Positions 1-11,637 of a stretch of 64,000 bases of DNA are shown piece after piece (the stretch's first letter is position 1; each line of letters opens with the position of its first letter). The notes beneath the pieces were generated by a model. That model ran no database searches. It had not been told where the DNA came from and saw only the letters and a list, made by a program, of their open reading frames with translations. The translations under genes and the position numbers were made by a program. Location of the stretch: assembly GCA_001643675.2 (NCBI GenBank), contig LSRY02000053.1, positions 496,001-560,000 of the forward strand, written 5' to 3'. Source of the DNA: Monocercomonoides exilis PA203 (lineage: Eukaryota > Protista > Preaxostyla).

Positions 1-600
1 TTGCATCCTTCAAAGGGCTACTCAGCGCTAAGCGCTTCGTGTTCAGAGAGGAAAAGCTTGTTTATGAACAGATAGAATGCGGTTCTCACCAAAGGCGTTA
101 GAGAATCTGGTTGGAACGGGGAGGTGCACCTCAACGGCAGTCTGAAGAGGCAACTGGAGCTATGGTTACAGAGACTGAAAACGAGGTTCAACAGGAAGCT
201 GATGGACTTTGCCAGCCCAGAAGCTGTTCTTACATCGGACACCTCTCCTTTTGCAGTGAAAGCAACCTTGAATATTGCGGGGAACATCCAACATTTCCAC
301 AAATTTCTCAGCCCAACATTCAGGGAACAAGCATCGAATTTCAGAGAGCTTTTGGCTGTTCTCCTTGCTTTCAACAATTTTTCTTCCAGCCTGGAGAGCA
401 ACAAAATCCACAACCTGCTCTTCCGTTCGGACAATACATCAGTTGTTTTCAATATCAACAGGTGGGGAGCAGGACCGTTCTTTGTTTCTCTGCTGAGGAA
501 GATTCGATAAGCATGACAATAGATGGATCTCCCAGTGAATGCAATTCACATTCCAGGAGAAAGGAACATCGCGGTAGAAGCACTGTCCCAGACAGTGGTA
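1..600 (+). pseudogene. RT C-terminus / RNase H domain of DIRS pol
   Basis: VLTSDTS...SNFRELLAVLLA...LLFRSDNTSVVFNINRWG...HIPGERNIAVEALS fits DIRS RNase H motifs; three in-frame stops at 508-522. Confidence 0.85.
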
Positions 601-1020
601 GAAGGAGATTACGAGATAACCGCTCGAGAACAAAAAGAAGCCGAACAAGCGTTTGAAGCGGTTCACATAGTCGACGCATTCGCAAACAGGAAAAACAAAA
701 GATGTGTGACCTGGTATGGTCCGGGAAGCCCTTGGTGCAAAGACGGTCTCGCTGCGGATTGGGGAAGAGACGTCGTTCTGCTTCACCCTCCGATTCCGCT
801 TATCGTCCCTTGTCTGAAGAAAGCGAGAGCGGAGAAAACGAGAGCAATTATTCTTCTTCCAGCCTGGAAGAATCAAGTGTGGAGTCAATTGTTTGAAGAG
901 ATGGAGACTCATCGAGTTGTGTGGAAGGACGCAAAAAAGGTCCTTTTACCAGGAGAAGAGCTTAGAAGGACTGGAGCATCTCTGCCACCGTGTAGATACA
1001 TGGCGGTGAGGCTAAACTAG
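601..1020 (+). pseudogene. DIRS-associated DNA N6-adenine methyltransferase-like (Dam) domain
   Basis: VDAFANRKNKRC...DGLAADW...LLHPPIPLI...AIILLPAWKNQVW resembles the methylase domain that follows RNase H in DIRS elements. Confidence 0.8.
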
Positions 1021-2194
1021 TAGCAGACAAAGGCGAAATATGGTGGAAACAGAGCATGAGACAATGCGGAGTACCTGTGAGAATCCAAGGTGCAGCAAGG
1101 AACAGTGTGGCTCAGACAACATGGAGATCGTACTGCTTCGGATTCAAACACTTCAGTTGAGCATGGAGGAGATTGAAACTGCGATAGTTTCCCAAGAAGT
1201 TTGATGACTGGATAAAGAACTATTTATATTGTTTTACAGACCTGAGAGACCGAGGTTTTTCATATGCTTGTCAAGCAGCCACGCGTTCAACTATCTCCAT
1301 TATTTCGAAGGTCATGTGATGGAAGAGAGATATAGAAAAGTTCTCATCTTTATTCTCCATTTAGGTCTTTCTCCAGAAGCCAAGTGCACAGAAGACTTTG
1401 CACTGAGATGTGGAAGCCAGACCTCGCTTTTCGATATTATTTTCAGGACTACCCAAATGAGAAGTTGTCGTTCCTTGAACAAACCATAAAAAGCATTTTG
1501 CTAATTATGATATTCACAGCATGCAGGTTTCGTGAACTAGCACAGCTCTCAATGATGGCATCGATTGCACATTCAAGCGCAGTGCATCTCCAAACGAAAC
1601 TCAATACAACAAATACATCATCCTTCATTTCAGTGCCTTTCCTCGATGAGCCAAACGAAAAGATTTCCCAAGCAAGAACCTTATTGTGCCTATGGGAATT
1701 CATAAAACAGACACACCCTGAATGTGACACATTCCTCTTGAACGCAATGAAATTCACCCCGCTGACAGTGGAGAGTTTTAGGAAGCAAGCCAGAATTGGA
1801 ATGTCTTGGAAGGAGTTCACAAACATTACCGCCAATATACTATTAAGCACGCTGCTATTTCAACGCTTAAGCTTAACAAAGTTCCAGAAGTGCTGGTTGC
1901 AAAATACGCATGACTTTCACCAACTGCACACACTCCCTCTAGATTCTACCTCTCTGCAGACCTATCCCTTCAAATGGCTAACAAGATTATTTCAGCATCA
2001 AGCACACAATCTCCAGTACTCCAACAGCAAACCTCGTGCGAGAAGAGCCAACAGCTTGAAAATATGGACTCAAACGTCACACCCAACCTGCCAACTGATA
2101 TCATTAAATTCGGTTTGCCTCCCTTCATTCAGTCCACAATACAAGACACTCAGATAACCCACCCATCAAAGATAGAAGAACCTGATGATAAGTA
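1021..2194 (+). pseudogene. Tyrosine recombinase of DIRS copy 1 (frameshifted, stops)
   Basis: TTWRSYCFGFKHF; LLIMIFTACRFREL (catalytic Arg box); after a frameshift near 1805 YTIKHAAISTL...SRFY; low-complexity tail. Confidence 0.8.
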
Positions 2195-2312
2195 AACGAC
2201 AAACATCCAAGCTGAAGGGATAAGGGATATAATCAACATTAAGAAGATCAAGTGTTTCAGACGGACAATTCGGCAAGACAACTGGAAAGCCCAATTACTA
2301 AGACTTTTATAA

Positions 2313-2404
2313 AAGAGAGGTGTCGTAGATCACGATTGTTCTTAAGAATTAAGGTGCTTCGCACTTTAATTCGTGGAGAACAATCTATCTACGACACCTC
2401 TCTT
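2313..2404 (+). repeat. 92-nt three-stem hairpin (probable internal complementary region of DIRS copy 1)
   Basis: AAGAGAGGTGTCGTAGAT/ATCTACGACACCTCTCTT (18 bp), GATTGTTCT/AGAACAATC (9 bp), GAATTAAGGTGC/GCACTTTAATTC (12 bp, one G.T), TTC loop. Confidence 0.9.
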
Positions 2405-2626
2405 GCCCGCCCTGAGCATAGCTCTTCCCACCACTCAACATAAAAAAGGAGCAGGAAGAGAAAGTTAAAGAACAATCGTGGAAGAAGCAAGGCAACATAG
2501 ACTCAAACTGTGAGACAACACAATCACATTAGCAAGCCAATGAACAGGTAACAGGGTCCATGACCATGACCAAAGCATTAGCTAAAGCTGAAGCCAAACA
2601 TGAAGCTGAAGCCGCTTCAAAACCGT

Positions 2627-2663
2627 ACACACACACACATACACACACACACACACACACACA
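2627..2663. repeat. (CA)n microsatellite
   Basis: Direct reading. Confidence 0.95.
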
Positions 2664-2940
2664 ATGTTGACAATCCATCGCAACAGACACCACATTAACA
2701 CAGCCTCTAATTAAGCACAACATATCATTCACATTTGAAACCCTATAACACCTCAGTGCGCTTTGTTTTTTGCACAATAAATTTTCTTTTAACTTAATAT
2801 TATTTCACTTCATTCATTTTTGTTTTTGTGAACGACAGAGCCCTTAATAAGGAGCTCTCACTCCCATTAAAGAGAATTGTCGTTGATTGATTGTTCTTTC
2901 TGAACATGTTGTTAATGTTATTATTGTGGTTCGATATGTT

Positions 2941-4097
2941 GTGAAGATATTTCCGTCTGTATCCTTTCCAAAGTTCAGGAATATGAGTTATTGCTCATAT
3001 GACCAATCTTATCTTTTCAGCATAACGATGAGAATGGAGCTGATTATTATATAGGCATTGGAAAATAAATGAAGTTACGCAAGATACATGATTTTTAGTT
3101 GGAACAAGAGATGAAAACAAATTCGATTGTTATTTTATTGAATGAAGACAGAAGAGGATGGAATTCTGTGAAGGACAAAATCTGCACAAAACAATGTAGA
3201 ATTTTGGAATTTAATGCAGGGAGAGTGGTTTGTGGTATTTTTTGGAAAGAAAAGCAACTGGCAATATCGAGGGAAGGATATTTATCACAAAAAAAGGCAA
3301 GAATTGAATGAAAAAAAGGAGAACCTCAAAATGTCAATTTTATTAATAATGTTTTCCTATTTCTCGGACTGTGCCTGGCAGACATGGAAAGTAACGAAAT
3401 ACTATTTCTGATTCCGTTTTTGCTTCAAAAGAAAGGAGAAACTCCAACTACGAGATATCCAATTATCGAATATTTGTTGGCAGTCGAACGACATTCAGGC
3501 CAATTGCATCTGGATTTCATTCTTCAAAGAGACAGCCATTTTGAGCAAGCAATGTGATTATCATTCGAAGTTTGTTTTATTTGTCACCGCAGCCGATGAA
3601 AGAGGATTTGATGGTTTTTGTTTTCTTCATTTGTTTTTCAACAAAGTCGTTGTTTCACTCAGCTTCTATGTCAGTGTATGACCCATTGAATTTTGTGTCT
3701 TAAATATCAAAGGAAGCATTTCAGACGCACTGTCATCCACTGCATGAACATTGATGAATGAATGCCAACCTTTCCATCCATCTTCCTCCTCGATGTTGAA
3801 GCACAGCCAATTCATTTAATTAATTTTCATCAGGATTTATCTTCGTCATCATCAATCTCGTTGACATATGATACCTTTTAATCACACAGTTCGAAGAATC
3901 ATATCATTCAAGCACAAAAGTTTGAAAATTATTATCTTCCTTATCAACTCCATATTGTTTATTTATTGTGTTTATTCTTCTTCTTCTTCCTCTTCCACTT
4001 CTTCTTCTTCTTCTTCTTCTTCCTCTTTTTCTTCCTCTTCCTCTTCTTCTTCTTCTTCTTCTTCTCTTTCTTCTTCTTTGTCTTCTTCTTCTTCTTC
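2941..4097 (-). repeat. ~1.16-kb inverted duplication, arm A (partner ~17964-19121)
   Basis: GTGAAGATATTTCCGTCTG at 2941 is the reverse complement of the end of arm B; identical ORF translations (3099..3311/18751..18963; 3214..3411/18651..18848); inner end lies in a (TCT)n tract, so it is approximate. Confidence 0.93.
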
Positions 4098-4735
4098 ATC
4101 TTCTTCATCTTCTTCATCTTCTTCATCTTCTTCTTCAATTTCTTCATCAAAACCAAAATTGTATTTGCGACTTGGTAAAATACTTAATTATTTTTCTTTT
4201 GGAAGAGTTTTGGATCCACAAAGAAGAATACGGAAGAGATGAAATGTTGTTTCGATTTGCAAAAGAAGAAGAGGAGGAAGAGGAAGATGAGGAAAAAGAA
4301 GAATTCTCAGAAAATTAACGAAACAGAATCAAAAAAAAAAAAGAATCAAAAAAGATATCTTCGATATCGGAGCTTGAATACTGATTCAATGAGTTAAAAA
4401 CCCGGACTATCAAATAAAAAAAAAGAACTTTTTTCTTTCATTGAAACATTAGCTTGTTCAAACAAAATAATGACCAATGAAACATTTGAAGTTGGAATGT
4501 TAAAACTATTCAAATTGTTTCAATGAATTCCTTCCCTTTAACTGTTGTTCACATGTTTGAACGATTATTCGTTATTCATTATTTGTTGTTGAATATTAAA
4601 GATGAAATAAAGCTAATTGAAAGTGAAATGAAATAATCATACAATATTTTTAACTGTTTTCGGTTGGTTTATTTGATTTGACTTTCAAACAATATTTTAA
4701 CCATTTTGCTCATTGTGATCATTCCCTTTTTTGAA

Positions 4736-6384
4736 ATGGAAAAGAAATCAATTACTTCGGAAGAGCTTCTTAGGATTGCTGCAACAAGAGAATACCTCAC
4801 AGTCCATTCCAGATCGAGGAAATTTTTGAAATCAAGAAATCATATCCATTGACAGTGAACGTTGCAGTCAAAGCGAAAGCAATAACAAGGCAGGCTTGGT
4901 ACAGAGGCAAAACAGCAGAAAAGGAAAACAGAGATGTTGGAATGGAACGAAGACCATCTCTTATCAATTCTGAAAAACTGGAAAAAATTGAGAATCAGGT
5001 TTTGACTTTATTATCAGAAGGAGTTGTAGTTCGAATGAAGCACATACAGGAAATGGTTTTCGTTTTTTTTATATGTTAATTTTTTTATCTTTGTTTTTTT
5101 AGGCAATTAACATTTTAAATACGGAATCAACAAATGATGAAGAAAACGAGAAACTCCATCCGAAATTATCTTATTATTTAGTTCAAAGAAGCTCCATATT
5201 AAAGGCAGCCCTGGCAAGACCGCTTGAAATTGCAAAAATCCAGTCACAGAGCCCTGAAAGTGTGACTACTTGGTATGAAGAAGTGAAAGAAATCGACGAA
5301 GGAAACAATATCGAAGTTACCAATATTTTTCTATTTCGATGAATCTTCTGTTCAAATCGGAGAAAGTTCTGCAAAGTTGGTCATCTGTTTGAAGGACCAA
5401 ATCCCTCCTTCTTCTCCTGAGCCTCGAAAAATTGCCAACACAACTCTTTGCGTTTGTGTGTGCTCAGATGGTTCTCATCTTCCTCATTTTTTGCTTTTTC
5501 CAAAGAAGAAAATACCAGAAGAATTTTCTTATTTAAAATTTTTTGATATAAACTATATTCCTGCACCTTCCGGATGGATTACCGCTGAAATTAATAAAAT
5601 CATCATGCTTCAAAATTAGATTCCTCTCATTCATCAAAAAATCCAATCTTCATTTACGAAAAAGGCACTCCTTCTTCTTGATGACCATACGATCCATTCA
5701 TGCTCAGCTGTCATTCGTGAAGCAGAAAAAAGCGGAATCTTCATAAAAATAATTCCGCCAAATATGACACATATCCTTCAACCATGCGATAACGTAATTT
5801 TCGCCAGATTGAAAAGAACGTTTTACAACAATTTCAAAGTCCCTTGGGATGATTCATCTTCTTCTTGCGGAAAGGCACTTGCTGAGGTTTTGCCAGACGC
5901 AATCTCCGCAGCAACCACTCCTTCAGTAATTAAAAATGCTTTTCTGAATACAGGAATCTGGCCACTCGCAGCTTCTCAATTTCTATCAAAAAAAAGTTGA
6001 TCACTGTCAAAATCGTCTTCAAGAATTTCTTCTGATGAAGTCAACAATAAATTGTTTGGTCCATTTTCCCCAAAACGCAAAGTTTTATCTTCAAGAAAGT
6101 TAAAAATGGATATGAAAATCGATGAAAAACATAGCATTGATGGAAACACACAAACAGAAGATAATTTATTCAATGACGAAGATTACCGTCCCGATTCTGA
6201 TAGTGGCAATTTTTCCAAAAGAATCATCAGAACAAGAAAGAAAAAAATTGACAGCGACTTTATATATGAAGATGACAAAGATTACGAAAAAGATGAATGG
6301 AAAAATGAGCATTTGGAAAGTGCAGAAGATACAACTCAATTTGAAAGCAAAAAATTTAAAATACAGCATGATGATAACGAATAG
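4736..6384 (+). pseudogene. pogo/Tigger/Fot1-type DDE_1 transposase, degenerate, probable intron ~5056-5102
   Basis: F.DES, TLCVCVCSDGSHLPHFLLFP, GWIT, ALLLLDDH, IPPNMTHILQPCDNVIFARLK, IKNAFLNTGIWP; acidic tail; stops and frameshifts. Confidence 0.85.
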
Positions 6385-7940
6385 ATGGAAATATGGGTAA
6401 GTTTGTTTAATAAATATTTTTGTTGAAAATCATATCCAATTTTTTGCCCAACTTTTTTATATTTAGCTTGAAATTAATTGGATGTCTTGTATTGAATGTT
6501 TGATGTAATAATTTCTTCAATTCTTCATTTCCAGTTAACTGAATTTAAAAAAGACAAAGGATGAAATTCACTGAGCATTGGATAGGAAAAAACTTCTGTT
6601 GCGTCTGTATTAACTTTCATTTTATTTAAAAAATATCACATCAACAATTTTGACAATTTGAGAAATACCATTTCACATTAACGTCTATGAATTCGTTGAA
6701 AAAATACAAAAATTGTTTTTGAATACAATTCTCTATTCAAAAAAATCTCCAAATGTTCATTAATTACTGAATAAAACATTTAACATATCGGTCAATTGAA
6801 CATATTTAAATGAAACAAAATGCAGTTGCAATATTCAAAAAGTCCAGGTTTTTTACCATTTCCTTGGTTTTTTACTCACTGTATTGATGGCAAAGGAAGA
6901 TTCCCTAAATACAGCGATAGAAAAAGATGAAATCGAAAAAAAGTTTGCAATTGCTTTTTTTGACAAAGCACAACAATGAAAAAGAAGTAACCTTCTCAGC
7001 AATGAACATAAGAAAACAAAAATGTTTCGCTCATATCTTTTTTTCACAAAAATGGTCTGTATTTAATAGCGTTATTATAGTCAATCTTTTCATCTTCTGA
7101 TAACTGTTTCCTTGTTTTAGTCTGATAATAACCCCCTTTTTCTTTCTCTTCTCATGTGCCCTCATCGACAACACTTGGTATTGTATTAAACACACTTGCT
7201 CACAAAATGTGCAAGCTTCAATTGGATGTTGAATCCGTCCAAACTCCACAGGTTAAGGAGCACACGCAATTGCAGTCTCCACCTGACAGGAAGAGGAGAA
7301 AGAAAAGATTTCACTGATTTAATTATCCATTTCTTTTAATGGTGCTTCATTTTTTTCATTTACGATGCTCTTTATGTTATATTTCTCTTTTCCTTCTCTT
7401 CATTTTCATTCTTCTGCTGTTTTGTTTGTTCAATATTCACTTAATAAATCATAAATTTAAGATTTTTATTGTTTTTAATTAGTTCCAAAAAACGGCATAA
7501 TCCACACCAAATTCTCCAACAAGAATTTGTGAAAGAAGTGATAATTTTCCCATGTTTTTATATTGGTTGATTCCAGTTTTATTCTAATTAACAAATTTCA
7601 TTTTTCAAAATTGTTCACATTTCGTTGAATAAGAATATAATTCTGCTTGCCTTGCCCAATTTCATTCTGTTGATATTCTTTTGAAACTTTCATGTTTTTT
7701 TCTCTAAGAGCAAACTCTAAAATAGTCAAGATGATTGGTTTATGCATCAATTCACCGAAAAGCACAAAATATTCACAATTTGTTGCAATTGTACTGTTGT
7801 TTCAGAATTCTAATATTTCATATTTTCTTGATGCAATCAAAACGCAAGCATTTTGATTTACAAGAAAACATTCATTCACTTTCTTCTCTTCGATCTGAGA
7901 GTATCACTTAAGGGTCAGTCACGGTGAATCTGAAAAAAGA

Positions 7941-8790
7941 ATGCTCCCTAGCTCTCCACTCAGCACTGGACCCGCGTTGAATTCTGCCACATCGATGATG
8001 TCAGATGGACCTCCAGGAGAGATGTTTTCGAGTATGATTTCTCATTCCAGTTCTGAATTTTCCCAACAGATCCCGGGTACTTCTGAAGCAAAAGAAAGTC
8101 ATGGCGAGGATAGTTTGCTGCTGGAAAATAGTTTTAATACAATATTTCTCAGAGATCCGGATTGCAGCTTATATGATATGGACTAACCAGTAAGATATTT
8201 GGAAGATCTTATTAATGATTTGAAGGAAGATGATTTAAGTCCATTTCTGCCAAAGGCTCCTCCCACAGCTTCGAGAACAGATAATTGGATGAATGACGCA
8301 TTGGATAAGGCAGGCGAGCGAACAGAAGCATTTCTATATCCAGCCATTAAAATCCTGCTTTACACACATGCGAAATTGAAAGAAAAAGATGATGAAAAAG
8401 GATCAATTGCAGATGCAATTTTATTTGTTTCAAAAGCGCTGAAGGATGCAAGATCTGAAAGAATTAAAGGAAGATTCGGCTTTAGGGCAGCTGCACAGAT
8501 GAAGGAGAGCGCAGCCACCAGTCTTCTTCCTCATATGCAATCAGAAGTTTTTAGTAAATGGAGAAAAACAGAAAAGAGTCAACAATTCAAGCTGCAAACA
8601 ACGAGCTGGCCAAAAAGAAGAAGTTCGTTAAGAGCCATAACAATTCCAACCAGAAGATCAGAAAGCCACAGATTTTTTCAAGCAGCTCCCTGGTTGTCAA
8701 GACAGCAAAAACAAAGCCAGCTGCGTCAAAGAGCTTCAGGTTTCGCTTCAAGAAGACAATCAGAGGAGCGAAAATTCTAATTGAGAAAAT
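7941..8790 (+). pseudogene. ORF1 (gag-like) of DIRS copy 2, interrupted
   Basis: Lies between left ITR and pol; helical core plus basic tail; stop at 8184-8186 and an apparent frameshift near 8550. Gag call is positional. Confidence 0.6.
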
Positions 8791-10727
8791 GAACAACATT
8801 CTACAGCCCGTAGAAGATCGACAAGAGGCAATGGTTGGAGGAAGAACTTGTTAATTTCTAGAAGAATGGGAAAAAATTTGAGGAGCACGAATTATTGGGA
8901 AAGGAGAAATCCCTGTATGGAGAAACAAAGTCTCGAAGGAATCATTTAGAGAAGACAGGAGTATTCAACCCTTTTGAGCACCAGAGTCAAGAAGCCCAAC
9001 AAGCCTTTTCAGAGATGATCAAGAAGCAACTGGAAACAAATATCATCAAGCCGATTCAGGAGAAGGATGTGAAGCATTTGAATCCAGTGTTTGCAATCAG
9101 AAAGAAAGACGGTGGCTGGAGGCAGATCGTGGATTGCCGAAGACTCAACAATGCAATCAAGACGATTTATAACAAGCAAGAAGACCACAGAACAGTGGAG
9201 AAAATTATACAAGAAAATGACTACGCAGTCACAATAGACTTGAGCCAAGCTTATTATCTTATAAAAGTCAGCGAAGAATTATCGCCATTCCTTTCGTTCG
9301 TTTTCAAAGGAAAATACTGCGCTTTCCACGGAATGCCTATCGGATACAAAGATGCACCTCGAACGTTCACAAAAGTGATGAAGAAAGTCCAAAAATACAT
9401 GAGGGAGGAATGGAACGTGAGAGCCATTGCATACCTGTACGATATTGTTCTTCTACATCAAGACCCGCGGGAACTGAATATTATTGTGGAGAAAACTCTA
9501 ACGATGTTCAACAAACTGGGACTATTGGTCAATTCAGAAAAATGTCATTTAATTCAAAGTCAGCAGTTCAAATTTTTGGGCTTCCAATGGGATACCAATC
9601 AGTTTGTGGTACAGATAGAGGAATCGAAGAAAACCGAACTGATGAAAGAGTTCCAGAAATGGAGGATGATTGCCCAGCACATCAGAGTTGTTCTGATAAA
9701 GAAGCTCGCCTTGTCAATTCTGAAACTTAATGCAACCAGATTCGTGTATCAAGAAGCCTCCCTGAATTTGTCACAACTGTACAAACTCCTAAACAAAGCT
9801 TTGAGTCTGAATGGATGGAAAGGGAAAATGCGCGTAAATGCATAGATAACAAATTGCCAAATGAAATGGAGCGAAAGGCTGAAAGAGAACAAACCATGGA
9901 AATTGAATCCAGTGTTTCGACCAGAAGCAATTCTGACGACAGATGCATCAGGGTTTGCCATAGGCGCAACACTAAAAGTCAACAATCAAATGCTGGACTT
10001 TCACAAACCTCTTCCACCTCCAGTCAGAAACCAAAGTTCAAATTGCAGAGAGCTATTTGCAATAAATCAAGCCATCGCGCATTCCTCAAATTCCATTCGA
10101 AATCAAGAAATATGAAATCTGCTTATTCGATCAGACAACACAACAGCAGTTTGCAAGCTGAATCGATGGGGATCGGGTCCGAATCTCAGAACCCTTCTGA
10201 AGAAAATATGGAATCAAACCGAAGCGCTGAAAGTTGTCGTGAGATCTTGACATATTCCTGGAGAGAAAAACGTCAGAGCAGATGGACTATCGAGATTTGC
10301 CATAGAAGGACATTACGAAGTCGAACAAGAAGCACTCGAAGAGATCACCAATCAGCTTCAGATGCACATCACACTCGATGCCTTCGCAACAAAAGAAAAC
10401 ACAAAATCAACGAGTTGGTGCGGACCAGGAAGCAATCGAAGTCAAGACTGTTAACAAATTTCATGGAGAAACGAGACGGTTCTTGCGCATCCACAAGTTC
10501 CTTTGAGACAAACAGTGATCTTAAAAGAAGCGATGGAGAAAGCTCAAGTTCTTCTTCTTTTTTTCGATTGGAAGGGTCAGATATGGGAACCTCTTCTGAA
10601 CAACACAAATCACATCTCTTGGACATGGAGGAGAATTGAGGAGATTATCAAGGAAGGAAGATGGATGAAGCTGATGAATGCAACGCTTCCTCCAGGGAGA
10701 CTGAGGATATGCTTAATCAATCCATAA
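8790..10727 (+). pseudogene. pol of DIRS copy 2: RT - RNase H - Dam-like methylase
   Basis: VGGR..F..W start, LNPVFAIRKKDGGWRQIVDCRRLN, IDLSQAY, GMPIG...APRTFTK, YLYD (YxDD mutated), FLG; LTTDASG, SDNT, HIPG..N..ADGLSR; LDAFA...AHPQVP; several stops. Confidence 0.92.
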
Positions 10728-10729
10728 CA

Positions 10730-11383
10730 GAAAAGGGAGAATCGTGGTGGAACGAGATTCTCGCATAAAGAAGCATGTCACGTGAACTGGCCGAAGAGCG
10801 CAAAAACAGCGTCGTAAGTGCCACATGGATGGGATACACTTATGGTTTCGCGCATTTCAAATACTTGTGGGGTCGAGTGAAAATTCACAATCCAAAATCA
10901 AACAAACTATTTCTGAGCACTTTAACATACGATCCTTTGAAATCCCGAGCAATTCGAAAAGCAGCCAGCGAAATGATGAAAGATGCAAGAATCTCTTCGA
11001 ACTACAGCCCATACACATTGAAACACGCCTCGATATCGGCCTTAACAATGGCAGGAACTCCAGTCGAACAGGTGGCAAAATTCGCAAGATTATCCCCCAG
11101 AAGCAACACAATGATCAATCATTATTTAAAATCCAACATTTCAAATCATATGGCACAGATAATTTCATCGAATCAGGAGACAAAGGAAGCAATTCAACAG
11201 CCTTCCACAACTCCTCCATCCACATCCACACCAGACGAAAACGATTCCATTATTCCCATCAATCAACAATCACGTTTGCCAGAAGGCCATGAAACAGAGA
11301 AAGCAAGAGAAGAGATCTCACAACCAGACCGTATTGAAGAACCAGAAGATAATGAGTCTCAATCCATCCACGAAAAGCAATAA
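10730..11383 (+). pseudogene. Tyrosine recombinase of DIRS copy 2 with an in-frame internal deletion
   Basis: N-terminal ATWMGYTYGFAHFKYLW joins directly to the C-terminal ...YTLKHASISAL...NTMINHY; the Arg box seen in copy 1 is absent. Confidence 0.8.
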
Positions 11384-11534
11384 AATGCCACGACCAATGA
11401 AAACGAGAAAGACGATAATGAAATCATCGAAGAAAAATTCATCCAGTTTATTATTAGAACAAGATCACAGAGACAAAAAGAAATGATGGAAAGAGAAAAT
11501 TCAGAAAGAAATCCATAACGCCCAATTATTACTA

Positions 11535-11637
11535 ACTCTCAGATCGAAGAGAAGAAAGTGAATGAATGTTTTCTTGTAAATCAAAATGCTTGCGTTTTGA
11601 TTGAAAAAGAAAATATGAAATTCACTTTCTTCTCTTC
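11535..11637 (+). repeat. Internal complementary region (ICR) containing a 92-nt hairpin (11546-11637)
   Basis: 11535-11620 is the near-exact reverse complement of 7816-7902; 11621-11637 is the reverse complement of 11838-11854. Confidence 0.92.

Larger units (their letters stand above)
1..2435 (+). mobile_element. DIRS-like tyrosine-recombinase retrotransposon, copy 1 (5' part outside window, degenerate, no right ITR seen)
   Basis: Order RNase H - Dam-like methylase - tyrosine recombinase - 3' hairpin, colinear with copy 2 at 7816-11855; multiple stops and frameshifts. Confidence 0.9.

Noticed and set aside
2313-2404. tRNA, rho-independent terminator or pre-miRNA
   Set aside because: No cloverleaf or U-tail; position and equivalence to the copy 2 ICR explain it better.
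3868-4318. Poly-S/K/F/L ORFs (and their mirror at 17796-18194)
   Set aside because: Microsatellite artefacts.
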